Source of the DNA: Spirochaetia bacterium
GTDB lineage: Bacteria > Spirochaetota > Spirochaetia > UBA9216
DNA length: 64,000 nucleotides
NCBI GenBank assembly: GCA_965140585.1
Contig: OZ223269.1
Span: forward strand, 544,001-608,000
Direction of reading: 5' to 3'
Part shown: positions 1-9,472 of the stretch, one piece after another
How positions within the stretch are numbered: the stretch's first letter is position 1
How the letters are laid out: each line of letters begins with the position of its first letter
Made by a program: the position numbers and the translations under genes
The notes under the pieces: model-generated
The model's input: the letters and a program-made list of their open reading frames with translations, nothing else
Database searches by the model: none
Told to the model about the DNA's origin: nothing

Positions 1-1
1 T

Positions 2-127
2 ATCCGCGAATGGAAAAAGCGCGAATACTTCGAAAAGCCTTCCACTATCAAGAATAGAAAGACAAAAGCTATGCAGCGCAAGCAGATGAAAAAGCAGAGA
101 AAGCTGCAGAACATGAAGAACTATTAG
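2..127 (+). CDS. rpsU: 30S ribosomal protein S21, 3' part (truncated by window edge; not in ORF track)
   Basis: Frame from nt 2 reads [41 protein letters not shown], containing the S21 'REY(F/Y)EKPS' motif; TAG at 125-127. Confidence 0.93.
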   Translation: MREWKKREYFEKPSTIKNRKTKAMQRKQMKKQRKLQNMKNY

Positions 128-156
128 CAATCCGCCGCTATATGCGGTTTTGTTCA

Positions 157-189
157 GAGAGGCAGCCCGATAGCTGCCTCTTTTTTTTA
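157..189 (+). terminator. Rho-independent terminator after rpsU
   Basis: AGAGGCAGC-loop-GCTGCCTCT stem followed by a T run. Confidence 0.88.
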
Positions 190-263
190 TTCCGCAGTGT
201 AATAGTATTGATAAGCGGTTATAAAAATGCGATAAAATAGAGATATAAATTCCGGAGGATATA

Positions 264-1340
264 ATGAGTCGTAAATTAAATTTCAATGCGGGCCCTTCGA
301 CCCTTCCTGTTGAAGTACTTGAAGAGATAAAGGAGAATATCGTCGATTATCACGGCAACGGCCTTTCTCTTATTGAAGACAGCCATAGAAGCGGTGCATA
401 TGATGAAGTACATAATGATGCTGTAAGCCTTGTTAAAGAGCTGCTCGGTCTTCCGGATAACTATAAGGTAATGTTTCTCGGCGGAGGTGCTACTCTGCAG
501 TTTGCTATGGTTGCTATGAATCTGCTTACCGGCGCGAAGAACTGTGATTATGTAGTAACCGGGGCCTGGGCTAAAAAAGCATTTGATGATGCCAAAAAAC
601 TTGGAAACGCAAGGGCTGTTTGGGATGGTAAGGCTGACAGCTATACAACTTTGCCAAAATCAGTTGCTCCCGGTGAAAATTCATCTTACCTTCATATCAC
701 CGCCAATGAAACCATAGGCGGTCTTGAATGGAAAACTTATCCTGAAACAGGAGATGTTCCGCTGGTTGCGGATATGTCCAGTGACATTATGTCAAAGCCT
801 GTTCCTGTTGAAAAGTTCGGTCTCATATACGCAGGAGCTCAGAAGAATCTGGGGCCCGCAGGAACCACACTGGTAATAGCCAGGGATGATCTTCTTGAAA
901 GATCCGCAGAAAGTCTTCCGGCATATCTTAACTATTCCATACACGCAAAAAACAATTCACTTTATAACACCCCTCCGGTATTCAGCATCTATGCTACTAT
1001 GCTTGTACTCAAAAAGCTCAAAGCCGACGGCGGACTTGCAGTAAGAGCCGCTGCCAATGAAAAGAAGGCAGGAGTTATCTATGACGCAATCGATAATAGC
1101 GGCGGATTTTACAACTGCCCTGTTGAGAAAGAATCAAGATCTCTCATGAACATAGTATTCACCCTTGCTGATGAAAAACTTGAAAAAGAGTTCATCGATA
1201 CAGCTAAAACTAAGGGTATGCTCGGACTTAAGGGGCACAGAAGCGTAGGCGGCTGCAGAGCCTCTGTCTATAATTCAATGCCTTATGAAGGGGCTGCCGC
1301 TCTTGCTGATTTCATGAAGGAATTTGCATCAGGCCGATGA
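264..1340 (+). CDS. serC: Phosphoserine aminotransferase
   Basis: NFNAGPS, GGATLQF, ADMSSD, YAGAQKN (PLP Lys), NTPP and GHRSVGG motifs; GGAGGA RBS. Confidence 0.96.
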   Translation: MSRKLNFNAGPSTLPVEVLEEIKENIVDYHGNGLSLIEDSHRSGAYDEVHNDAVSLVKELLGLPDNYKVMFLGGGATLQFAMVAMNLLTGAKNCDYVVTGAWAKKAFDDAKKLGNARAVWDGKADSYTTLPKSVAPGENSSYLHITANETIGGLEWKTYPETGDVPLVADMSSDIMSKPVPVEKFGLIYAGAQKNLGPAGTTLVIARDDLLERSAESLPAYLNYSIHAKNNSLYNTPPVFSIYATMLVLKKLKADGGLAVRAAANEKKAGVIYDAIDNSGGFYNCPVEKESRSLMNIVFTLADEKLEKEFIDTAKTKGMLGLKGHRSVGGCRASVYNSMPYEGAAALADFMKEFASGR

Positions 1341-1780
1341 AGTTTGATGATATAAACCTGCAGATTATCCGTCACCTCATAGACGGTCGTAAATCTTTCA
1401 AGGTTATTGCAGATGAGCTCTCTATAACCGAAAATACTGTAAGAGCAAGGGTTAACAAGCTCAGTGAAGAGGGAATCCTGAATATTCACGGACTAGTTGA
1501 TCCTGAAAAAATACCTGGCCATCAGGTCGCTATTATCGGTGTCAAGGTGAACAATATGCGCCTGGTGGAGAAGGGGAAGGAATTCAGTTCTCTTAAAGGT
1601 GTAATAAGTGTTGCCGTTGTTACCGGAAGATATGATATAATCGTGCAGGTACTGCTTAACGAAGAATTCAGCCTTCTTGAATTTTATACCCATGAGGTTA
1701 CGAAGGTTGAAGATGTAGCTGATGTTGAAACCTTTATTGTGTATAAGGGTTATAATTTAAGCGTACCATATATTTTATAA
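1337..1780 (+). CDS. Lrp/AsnC family transcriptional regulator
   Basis: N-terminal HTH (DGRKSFKVIADELSITENTVRARV) and VTGRYD RAM-domain motif; ATGA overlap with serC. Confidence 0.92.
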   Translation: MKFDDINLQIIRHLIDGRKSFKVIADELSITENTVRARVNKLSEEGILNIHGLVDPEKIPGHQVAIIGVKVNNMRLVEKGKEFSSLKGVISVAVVTGRYDIIVQVLLNEEFSLLEFYTHEVTKVEDVADVETFIVYKGYNLSVPYIL

Positions 1781-1794
1781 AACGGAGTGTAATA

Positions 1795-2778
1795 ATGGCA
1801 GAACTTAAAACAAAATACATGGGACTTGAACTCAACTCACCGGTTATTGCCGCAAGTTCAGGATTGACATCATCCGTTGAAAAGGTTAAGCAGATTGAGG
1901 CTGCCGGTGCCGGTGCGGTTGTACTTAAATCTCTGTTTGAAGAGCAGATTCTTTTCGACAGTAACAGAATGACTGAAGGAATGAATGCTGAAATTCATGC
2001 CGATGCCTATGATTTCTTAAACGGAATGAGCAATAACTATTTTCTTGATGAGTACCTTGGCCTTGTTGAAGACTGCAAGAAAGCTGTAAATATACCGGTT
2101 ATTGCAAGTATAAACTGTGCTTCCGACGGTGCCTGGATAAAGTACGCTGAAAGATTTCAGAATGTCGGGGCTGATGCTCTTGAAATAAATGTTTTCACTC
2201 TCCCAGTCAATAAGACAATGACCAGTGCTGATTATGAAAACATGTACTACGGAATAGCCGCAAAAATTAAGAAGGCTGTCAGTATTCCTGTTGCATTCAA
2301 AATAAGCCCGCATTTTACAAGCCTAGCCGGAGTTATTGAACGATTTAATGAGCTTGGACTTGATGGTCTTGTTCTTTTCAACAGATTTTACAGACCCGAT
2401 ATCGATATAAACAATTTAAAGCTCTCACATTCACCTGTTCACAGTGCAAAAGAAGAAATCTCTCTCGCTCTTCAGTGGATAGCCCTGCTGTCCGGGGAAA
2501 TTGATATTGATTTTTCAGCTACAACTGGTGTTCATGATTCTGAAGGTGTCATCAAACAGCTTCTAGCAGGAGCAAAATCTGTTCAGATTTGTACAGCCTT
2601 ATATAAGAACGGAATTGATTTTATCAGCAATGTTAATAGTGAAATATCTTCATGGATGGAGTCAAAGAACTTCAAGGCTGTTTCAGATTTTAACGGCATG
2701 CTATGTCAGGAAGAAAGCGAACAGCCCGAAAAATACGAAAGAACCCAGTATATGAAGGCTTCTGTCGGAATAAGTTAG
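1795..2778 (+). CDS. Dihydroorotate dehydrogenase-like flavoprotein
   Basis: GAGAVVLKSLFEEQI, PVIASIN, LFNRFY, TGVH and YER motifs of the DHOD-like subfamily. Confidence 0.88.
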   Translation: MAELKTKYMGLELNSPVIAASSGLTSSVEKVKQIEAAGAGAVVLKSLFEEQILFDSNRMTEGMNAEIHADAYDFLNGMSNNYFLDEYLGLVEDCKKAVNIPVIASINCASDGAWIKYAERFQNVGADALEINVFTLPVNKTMTSADYENMYYGIAAKIKKAVSIPVAFKISPHFTSLAGVIERFNELGLDGLVLFNRFYRPDIDINNLKLSHSPVHSAKEEISLALQWIALLSGEIDIDFSATTGVHDSEGVIKQLLAGAKSVQICTALYKNGIDFISNVNSEISSWMESKNFKAVSDFNGMLCQEESEQPEKYERTQYMKASVGIS

Positions 2779-2797
2779 TTAATAAGGAAATAAATAT

Positions 2798-3070
2798 ATG
2801 AATCTCAGTATTTTTGAAGCGGTAATGCTGATTTGCTTTGGCGCAGCCTGGCCGCTGAACATCTACAAATCAGTTAAATCAAGAAAGACCGGCGGTAAAA
2901 GCCTTCCTTTTCTCTTTGTAATAAATCTCGGATACATATCAGGGATTATTCACAAAGTATTTTTCAGCTTTGATCTGGTCATCTACCTGTACATTCTGAA
3001 CTTCGTTATGGTCAGTATAGACATTGCATTATATTTCAGGAACAAAAGGCTCGAGGCAATAGAGGGCTGA
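2798..3070 (+). CDS. Small 3-TM membrane protein (PQ-loop/SemiSWEET-like)
   Basis: 90 aa, three hydrophobic segments, 'CFGAAWP..IYKS..S...GKS..F' pattern. Confidence 0.65.
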   Translation: MNLSIFEAVMLICFGAAWPLNIYKSVKSRKTGGKSLPFLFVINLGYISGIIHKVFFSFDLVIYLYILNFVMVSIDIALYFRNKRLEAIEG

Positions 3071-3114
3071 TGATTGTGGAAGCATTAATTATCCTGTAGT
3101 CCCATTCTGATTAG

Positions 3115-3142
3115 GCCGGTATTAAATACCGGCTTTTATTTT
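3115..3142 (+). terminator. Putative intrinsic terminator
   Basis: GCCGGTAT-taa-ATACCGGC stem followed by a T-rich tail. Confidence 0.7.
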
Positions 3143-3167
3143 CTATCTGTGAATCTGTGTTATTATT

Positions 3168-3677
3168 GTGTCACAGATGATCACTCTTGAAAAATTCAGA
3201 AAAGAAAGCATCCCTGAACTTCTATTATGGCTTGAGCATACAAATGCTGAATTCCTGATTCAGTTTGCCGGCCGAAAATATACATATCCTCTGACCGATA
3301 ATCAGCTTATTCAAACCCTCGCCAAAAAAAGCAATATTATGTTTAAAGTCGTAGAGTCGAATAGTCAAATCACGATTGGGCACTGTCAGTTACTCAGGAT
3401 TGATAAAGTAAAAAAGAGTGCTTCTGTAGGCAGAGTTTTTATCAGAGAGGAATACCGTGGTAAGAAATACAGTTCCGGATTGATTGAATGTGTTAAATCA
3501 TACGGGATTGAAATACTCGGACTGAAAAAATTATCACTAAGAGTCTTTGATTTTAATATTCCTGCAGTAAAATGCTACAGCAAGGCCGGTTTTAAGGAAG
3601 TAAAAAAAGAACTGCAGTTTTATCAATCAATTCAGAAAGAATGGTGCTGTATTACAATGGAGTACTGTAATCATTAA
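3168..3677 (+). CDS. GNAT family N-acetyltransferase
   Basis: Motif A 'EEYRGKKYS' and 'VFDFNIPAVKCYSKAGF'. Confidence 0.88.
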   Translation: MSQMITLEKFRKESIPELLLWLEHTNAEFLIQFAGRKYTYPLTDNQLIQTLAKKSNIMFKVVESNSQITIGHCQLLRIDKVKKSASVGRVFIREEYRGKKYSSGLIECVKSYGIEILGLKKLSLRVFDFNIPAVKCYSKAGFKEVKKELQFYQSIQKEWCCITMEYCNH

Positions 3678-3720
3678 TTTTAAGATTGTTTTCAGATTTC
3701 TAAATTCATATATTTAAAAT

Positions 3721-4343
3721 ATGATTAAGAGTATTAATGAGTTTTTTGAAGTTGAAAAAAGTGGAAGAATGAGATTCTGAAATTAAGAGAAATCATTCTT
3801 GATTGCGGGCTGACTGAAGAACCGAAATGGGGAAAACCCTGTTACTCTGCAGACGGAAAAAACATTGTACTTATTCACGGTTTTAAAGAATATTGCGCTG
3901 TCCTCTTTATCAAGGGATCTCTTTTAAAGGATAATAAAAGCATCCTCATCCAGCAAACAGAAAAAGTTCAGGCAGGCAGGCCGCTTCGTTTTACAGATAA
4001 AAGCCAAATAGAACAAATTGAATCAGATATCAGGGAATATGTTAAAGAAGCTGTAGAAGTCGAGAAGGCTGGATTGAAAGTCGAATTCAAGAAAACTGAG
4101 GACTTTAAGATTCCCGAAGAGCTGGAATCCTCCTTTAGCAGCAACAATTCCCTGCGTGATGCTTTCTTCAGCCTTACCCCCGGGAGACAGCGGGCTTATA
4201 TTCTTTATTTCTCAGAACCCAAGCAGTCTAAAACCAGGATTTCAAGGATAGAAAAATATGCCGAGGCTGATGATAGGCGCTGTGGCAGCTTCTTTTATTC
4301 TTTCATACGGTTTACAGGTAATTATTCATTCAATAGGCGGTAG
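3721..4343 (+). pseudogene. YdeI/OmpD-associated (DUF1801 + OmdA) protein, frameshifted and with aberrant C-terminus
   Basis: ATG at 3721; frameshift in the A6 run at ~3755-3760; then KWKNEILKLREIILDCGLTEEPKWGKPCY...IHGFKEYCA...LTPGRQRAY...SEPKQSKTRISRIEK in the 4074 frame. Confidence 0.8.
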
Positions 4344-4469
4344 TTTCTTTACATGAGTTCTTACAGGTGCTGTTGCCTGATTCACTTTTGCGCTGCCTCA
4401 CAGCCTGAATACTCAGTTTGAAGGCCGTAAACCGATAGTTCTTATCTTAATAATGTTCTTTATCTATTT

Positions 4470-4715
4470 ATATACTGGTTAACCGGCTATGATGCTGACG
4501 GATTAAAGGCTCAGATTGAAAGTAAAGCAGATTTTGAAACATTTTTTGCCAGGGTACCGAAGCTGAATCCTGATGTTGTAAAGATAAAAGGTGTTATCTG
4601 CGGTTATAGAGTTGAAAAGATTGAAGATGAGCTGATGAAGAAAATCCGTTATCTTGATAAACTTATTGATGAACTTGCAAAGGGCAAAGCCATGGAGAAG
4701 ATACTAAACAGATAA
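4470..4715 (+). pseudogene. DUF2200 family protein, 5'-truncated remnant
   Basis: IYWLTGYD...DFETFF...[43 protein letters not shown]; N-terminus and start codon absent. Confidence 0.8.
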
Positions 4716-4725
4716 AGGATTAAAA

Positions 4726-5577
4726 ATGAATAAAGTACTTGTAGCCGGGGGGACAGGATATCTCGGCAGTAACATAGTCAACGAACTGTTATCTCGAAAC
4801 ATAAATACCGTAATGATAGCGCGTGATAAAAATCGTGTAAATCTTGACAGCAGCTTCCTTAACATTGTCGAAGCAAGGGTAACAGAGCCGGATTCACTTG
4901 AAGGAATTTTTGACGGGATTGATACTGTATTCAGTACGGTTGGTATAACCAGGCAGAAAGACGGTCTTACATATATGGATGTAGATTACCAGGCTAACGC
5001 CAATCTTATCGACGCGGCAAAAAAAGCTGATGTTAAAAAAATTGTCTATGTTTCTGTCCTAAACGGTGAACAGCTTAGACACATTAAAATCTGTGAAGCC
5101 AAGGAAAGGCTTGTTGATTATCTGAAGGCTTCAGGGCTTGGTTACTGCATAATCAGGCCTAACGGCTTTTTTTCTGACATGAAAGATTTTCTATCAATGG
5201 CGGCTAACGGCCGGATATATCTTTTCGGAGACGGAAAACTAAAATTGAATCCGATAGACGGAGCAGATCTTGCTGAAGCGATCGTTAACGCTGCTGAAGA
5301 TGATATTAAAGAAATGGATATAGGAGGGCCTGATATGCTCTCGCAGAATGAGATAGCTGAGCTTGCATTCGAAGCCTGTTCCAGACCTGTGAAAATTACA
5401 CATCTTCCTGACTGGATAAGAAAAGCAGCACTGTTTCTGCTTAAAACTTTTACCAGTTCAAAAGTCTATGGTCCTATGGAGTTTTTTATGACTACGATGG
5501 TTATGAGTATGGAAGCTCCTCTTTACGGTAAACGACACCTTTCAGATTTCTTTAAAGAAAATTCCGGGACCAGTTAA
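4726..5577 (+). CDS. NAD(P)-binding atypical SDR/NmrA-like oxidoreductase
   Basis: VAGGTGYLG Rossmann motif; IIRPNGFF. Confidence 0.88.
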   Translation: MNKVLVAGGTGYLGSNIVNELLSRNINTVMIARDKNRVNLDSSFLNIVEARVTEPDSLEGIFDGIDTVFSTVGITRQKDGLTYMDVDYQANANLIDAAKKADVKKIVYVSVLNGEQLRHIKICEAKERLVDYLKASGLGYCIIRPNGFFSDMKDFLSMAANGRIYLFGDGKLKLNPIDGADLAEAIVNAAEDDIKEMDIGGPDMLSQNEIAELAFEACSRPVKITHLPDWIRKAALFLLKTFTSSKVYGPMEFFMTTMVMSMEAPLYGKRHLSDFFKENSGTS

Positions 5578-5900
5578 ATTAATCATGTTTTTCTGTAATA
5601 GGTTACCCCATTGAAATACAACTTGTTGAATATGTATATTCGATGTCTTCATCATCCTCATCGTCCGTGGCATTCAGGCTTTGGGTTTTAATATAGCTGA
5701 TATCTATTCTGTTGAAAGAACAATATTTGCTGTTATTGATGGTGACGGACTGCAGCTTGAAAAAACTGCTGAAACTAAAATAGATATTAAAAATAAATAC
5801 TGTTTGCAATTTTACATTATTTACTCTTTAAATATGTAGTTTAGATAATTTTAACATGAAAATTAAAAAAGCTCAGTTAGATTTTAATCAATTTTCTTTG

Positions 5901-5929
5901 TTGACAAGCAGCTGAAACCGGTTTATCGT
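5901..5929 (+). promoter_or_regulatory. sigma70-type promoter upstream of trpB2
   Basis: TTGACA-17 nt-TATCGT. Confidence 0.55.
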
Positions 5930-5984
5930 TGCTGCTAGTAGAAACGATTCTATCTAAAGTAACGTACAATGTAAGGAGGCGAAA

Positions 5985-7358
5985 ATGCCGATTAAAATGT
6001 ATCTAGCCGAGGATGAAATTCCCCGCAAGTGGTACAACATAGCAGCGGATCTGCCCACACCGATGCTTCCATACCTGGGGCCTGATGGAAATCCGGTAAC
6101 ACCGGATATGATGGCTCCCATATTTCCTATGAACCTTATTGAACAGGAAATGTCACAGGAAAGAGAGATTGCGATTCCTCAGGAAGTGCTTGAAATACTT
6201 TATAAATGGAGGCCGTCACCGCTTCACAGGGCTGTAGCTCTGGAAAAGGCTTTAGGTACACCTGCGAAGATTTATTATAAAAACGAGAGTGTCTCTCCGG
6301 CAGGAAGTCACAAACCAAACACCGCTGTAGCTCAGGCTTACTATAACAAAGTTGCCGGTATTAAAAAGCTAACAACAGAAACCGGCGCCGGGCAGTGGGG
6401 AAGTGCACTTTCATTTGCATGTGCCCAGCTGGATCTTAAATGTAAAATCTACATGGTTCGAATCAGCTTTGATCAGAAACCTTTCCGCAAAGTTATGATG
6501 CAGGTCTGGGGCGGTCACTGTGTTGCAAGTCCCAGTAATGAAACTAAAACCGGTCGCGAGATGCTTGAGATGGATCCGGATACTCCAGGCAGTCTTGGAA
6601 TTGCCATCAGTGAGGCAGTTGAAGAGGCTGTATCTGATCCAACCGGTGAAACAAAATATGCGCTTGGCTCAGTGCTTAATCACGTAATGCTTCATCAGAC
6701 TATAATCGGTCAGGAAACAAAGGCACAGCTGAAAAAGTTTGGAATTGATAAGCCTGATGTTGTAATCGGCTGTGCAGGCGGCGGCTCCAATTTTGCCGGG
6801 CTGGCATTTCCATTTGTAAGAGATAAGATTAATGGGGATGATATAGAAATTATTCCTGTTGAGCCTGCATCCTGTCCGACAATGACGGGAGGAAGTTTTA
6901 CTTATGATATTGGTGATATGTCAGGCATGACTCCTCTGATGGCAATGCATACTCTGGGACATAATTTTATTCCGCCTCCAATTCATGCTGGCGGACTCCG
7001 TTACCACGGGATGTCTCCGCTTGTATCTCAGGCTGCTATTTCTGGACTTCTTTCGCCTCAGGCTATTCATCAGCTGGAATGTTACGAAGCTGCAATGACA
7101 TTTGCCAGGACAGAAGGTATAATAATTGCACCTGAAACCAGTCATGCAGTTGCCGCGACTATCAGAGAAGCAAACAAGGCTAAAGAAGAGGGAAAGGAAA
7201 AGGTAATTGTGATGGGTCTTTCAGGTCACGGACTCATGGATCTTAAGGGCTATCATGCTTATATGGCCGGTGATCTTTTTGACTATGCACTTCCTCCGGA
7301 GCAGATTGCAGAGAATCTTTCAAAGATTAAGGATTTCCCCAAAATACCTGCCAGATAG
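5985..7358 (+). CDS. trpB2: TrpB-like PLP enzyme (tryptophan synthase beta type 2)
   Basis: GSHKPNTA (PLP Lys), [23 protein letters not shown] and LSGHG motifs; stand-alone, no trpA nearby. Confidence 0.93.
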   Translation: MPIKMYLAEDEIPRKWYNIAADLPTPMLPYLGPDGNPVTPDMMAPIFPMNLIEQEMSQEREIAIPQEVLEILYKWRPSPLHRAVALEKALGTPAKIYYKNESVSPAGSHKPNTAVAQAYYNKVAGIKKLTTETGAGQWGSALSFACAQLDLKCKIYMVRISFDQKPFRKVMMQVWGGHCVASPSNETKTGREMLEMDPDTPGSLGIAISEAVEEAVSDPTGETKYALGSVLNHVMLHQTIIGQETKAQLKKFGIDKPDVVIGCAGGGSNFAGLAFPFVRDKINGDDIEIIPVEPASCPTMTGGSFTYDIGDMSGMTPLMAMHTLGHNFIPPPIHAGGLRYHGMSPLVSQAAISGLLSPQAIHQLECYEAAMTFARTEGIIIAPETSHAVAATIREANKAKEEGKEKVIVMGLSGHGLMDLKGYHAYMAGDLFDYALPPEQIAENLSKIKDFPKIPAR

Positions 7359-7385
7359 GCTTGTATATCAATTTAAGGAATTATG

Positions 7386-7410
7386 CCCCCTTCTATAAGG
7401 GGGCTTAATT
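7386..7410 (+). terminator. Hairpin after trpB2
   Basis: GCCCCCTT-cta-AAGGGGGC-type stem followed by TTAATT. Confidence 0.6.
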
Positions 7411-7415
7411 AGAAA

Positions 7416-7649
7416 ATGGATAAAGAAATTTACTGTAGAAAACTTGGACATCACATTCCAGTATCATATTGCCTGTCCCCGGGCCAGAAACTATATTGTT
7501 CATCCTTCAGGAATTGCTGGTTTGCAAGGATGGATGTTGATACTTTTCTAAAAGAACGTTTTTCCGATGAGGTTATAGCTGAAGCAGAGAGCAGAACGAC
7601 TCCCAGGATAACAGGCATAATCACAGTAATTGAGAAATTCACTTCATGA
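7416..7649 (+). CDS. Small Cys-containing hypothetical protein
   Basis: 77 aa with C..LGH....C......C....CW pattern; ATGA overlap with yaaA. Confidence 0.6.
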   Translation: MDKEIYCRKLGHHIPVSYCLSPGQKLYCSSFRNCWFARMDVDTFLKERFSDEVIAEAESRTTPRITGIITVIEKFTS

Positions 7650-8407
7650 AAATTATATTATCTCCGGCTAAAACCTTTAAACCACAGTCTGAAGTTAACT
7701 TTACTCATGATACTATTCCCTTATTTCAGAAAGATGCGGATAGAATCATAGAGGTTTTAAAAAGTGTTGATGATCTTAAAGCTTTTTACAAGTGCAGTTC
7801 AAAGGTTGCACAAGAGGCAGAATCCTACCTGAAGCGATTTAACTCCAACCGGAGTACAGCAGCTATTTTCACCTATGGAGGACTGGTATTTCAGAATCTC
7901 AACAGCCGAACTTTAGATGAAAAGCAAATAATCTTTCTGCAGGAAAACCTTTTTATTCTGTCAGGCTTGTATGGTATTCTTAGACCTCTTGATCTGATAT
8001 CACCTTACCGCCTCGACATTTCTCAAAATTTACCAGCTTTCAAAAAATTGCTACCGTCAGGAAATCTCTACTCATTCTGGGAAGATAAAATAACCGCAAC
8101 ACTCAATAACCATCTGCAGGAAGGAGAACCGCTTCTGAATCTTGCTTCTGCAGAATACAGCAAAGCCGTGGACAGTCAAAAGCTTAAAGGCCCGTTTGTC
8201 ACTGTTGACTTCATGCAATATCAGGGGGACAAGATGAAATCTCTGGCAACTTACTCGAAACAGGCTAGAGGTCTTATATTACGCTATATTGCCGATGGGC
8301 AAATTGAATCTATTGAGAAGTTAAAAAGTTTTAGCCAATCCGGTTACCGGTTCTGTGCAGAAGCCTCCATTGACTACAGGATAGTTTTTGTGAGAGATAT
8401 GCCGTAA
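7646..8407 (+). CDS. yaaA: YaaA/UPF0246 peroxide-stress protein
   Basis: ILSPAK, ILSGLYGILRPLDLI.PYRL, NLAS.EY and KQARG motifs. Confidence 0.92.
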   Translation: MKIILSPAKTFKPQSEVNFTHDTIPLFQKDADRIIEVLKSVDDLKAFYKCSSKVAQEAESYLKRFNSNRSTAAIFTYGGLVFQNLNSRTLDEKQIIFLQENLFILSGLYGILRPLDLISPYRLDISQNLPAFKKLLPSGNLYSFWEDKITATLNNHLQEGEPLLNLASAEYSKAVDSQKLKGPFVTVDFMQYQGDKMKSLATYSKQARGLILRYIADGQIESIEKLKSFSQSGYRFCAEASIDYRIVFVRDMP

Positions 8408-8499
8408 AAAAATATCACATCGAAGATTTAATATTATTTATTCTTATTCTGGAAGAATTGATAAAACAGGCTTTAAGCAAATTATAGTTTTGTTCTCAA

Positions 8500-8655
8500 A
8501 TTAAAAATTTATAATATAGAAAGCAGTGTTATACTGTATAACACGAAAAAAGTGATTTACAGCCTCTTTGCTATTTTTATGCTTTCAAGCGGTGTCTCAA
8601 CTCAGTCTCTTCTAAAGACCCCTCGGGGTGATAATGACAATCTGACTGATTTATA
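8500..8655 (+). repeat. Degenerate copy of the promoter and 5' end of the serine hydrolase gene at 9473
   Basis: CAGTGTTATACTGT(A/T)TAACA(C/T)GAAAAAAGT occurs at ~8524 and ~9454 (930 bp apart); the upstream copy has ACG in place of ATG and a decayed signal peptide. Confidence 0.7.
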
Positions 8656-8682
8656 AGTATATTAAAGAAAAGGATTAATCGA

Positions 8683-9114
8683 ATGGTTAAACAATATGAT
8701 GATAAAACACACCGAACACAGGTGATTGAACTCTGGAATTCTGTATTTGGATATTCTGATCGAAGAAATTCTCCGGAATTAGTTATTGATAAAAAGCTGG
8801 AGATCGATCAGCAGCTCTATATTGCGGAAATTGAGTCTAAAGTCATAGGTACAGTGATGACCGGATACGACGGACACCGGGGCTGGATATATTCATTGGC
8901 TGTTTTGCCTGAGCACAGAAATAAAGGTATTGGAACGCTTTTACTGCAGTATGCAGAAGCTGCTTTGTCGCAAATGGGCTGCATGAAAATAAATCTTCAA
9001 ATACTGGCCGAAAATAAAGATGTTAAGCAATTTTACAGTAAAAACAGCTATATGGTTGAAGAACGTGTAAGTATGGGTAAGCAGCTGCCTCAGAATATAC
9101 CTGATGAGGATTGA
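8683..9114 (+). CDS. GNAT family acetyltransferase (YpeA-like)
   Basis: GYDGHRGWIYSLAV.PEHRNKGIG...GCMKINLQI. Confidence 0.92.
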   Translation: MVKQYDDKTHRTQVIELWNSVFGYSDRRNSPELVIDKKLEIDQQLYIAEIESKVIGTVMTGYDGHRGWIYSLAVLPEHRNKGIGTLLLQYAEAALSQMGCMKINLQILAENKDVKQFYSKNSYMVEERVSMGKQLPQNIPDED

Positions 9115-9117
9115 TTT

Positions 9118-9412
9118 ATGTCATTAGTAATGGTTGATATTGAATCTGACGGGCCGGTTCCCGGTGATTATTCAATGATTTGTTTTGCTGCTATGATAGT
9201 AGAACCTTCAATGTCTTTTAGTTTTGTGGGGCGGCTTAAGCCGATCTCTGAGAACTATAATAGCAATGCACTGGCTGTTTCCGGATTTACCAGGGAAGAA
9301 ACCCTGAGCTTTGATGATTGAATTCCATAACTGGTTGAAAAAAAATATTGACGGCAGGGCTGAGTTTATAAGTGATAATAACGGATATGACTGGATGTTT
9401 ATCTGCCGATGA
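9118..9412 (+). pseudogene. DEDDh 3'-5' exonuclease, broken and truncated
   Basis: MVDIESDGPVPGDYSM (ExoI) stops at 9321; continuation EFHNWLKKNIDGRAEFISDNNGYDWMFIC in another frame stops by 9412; ExoIII part absent. Confidence 0.75.
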
Positions 9413-9472
9413 GCTTCTGAGCCTTAAAAAAATTAAATTTATATAAATAAAATCAGTGTTATACTGTTTAAC

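Noticed and set aside
3750-3765. A-run frameshift in the ydeI-like gene as programmed frameshift or phase variation
   Set aside because: The run is only 6 nt and the gene's 3' end is also disrupted; decay or sequencing error is simpler
5603-5809. 68-aa minus-strand ORF with an acidic stretch
   Set aside because: No RBS or recognisable motif; may be a gene remnant but cannot be supported
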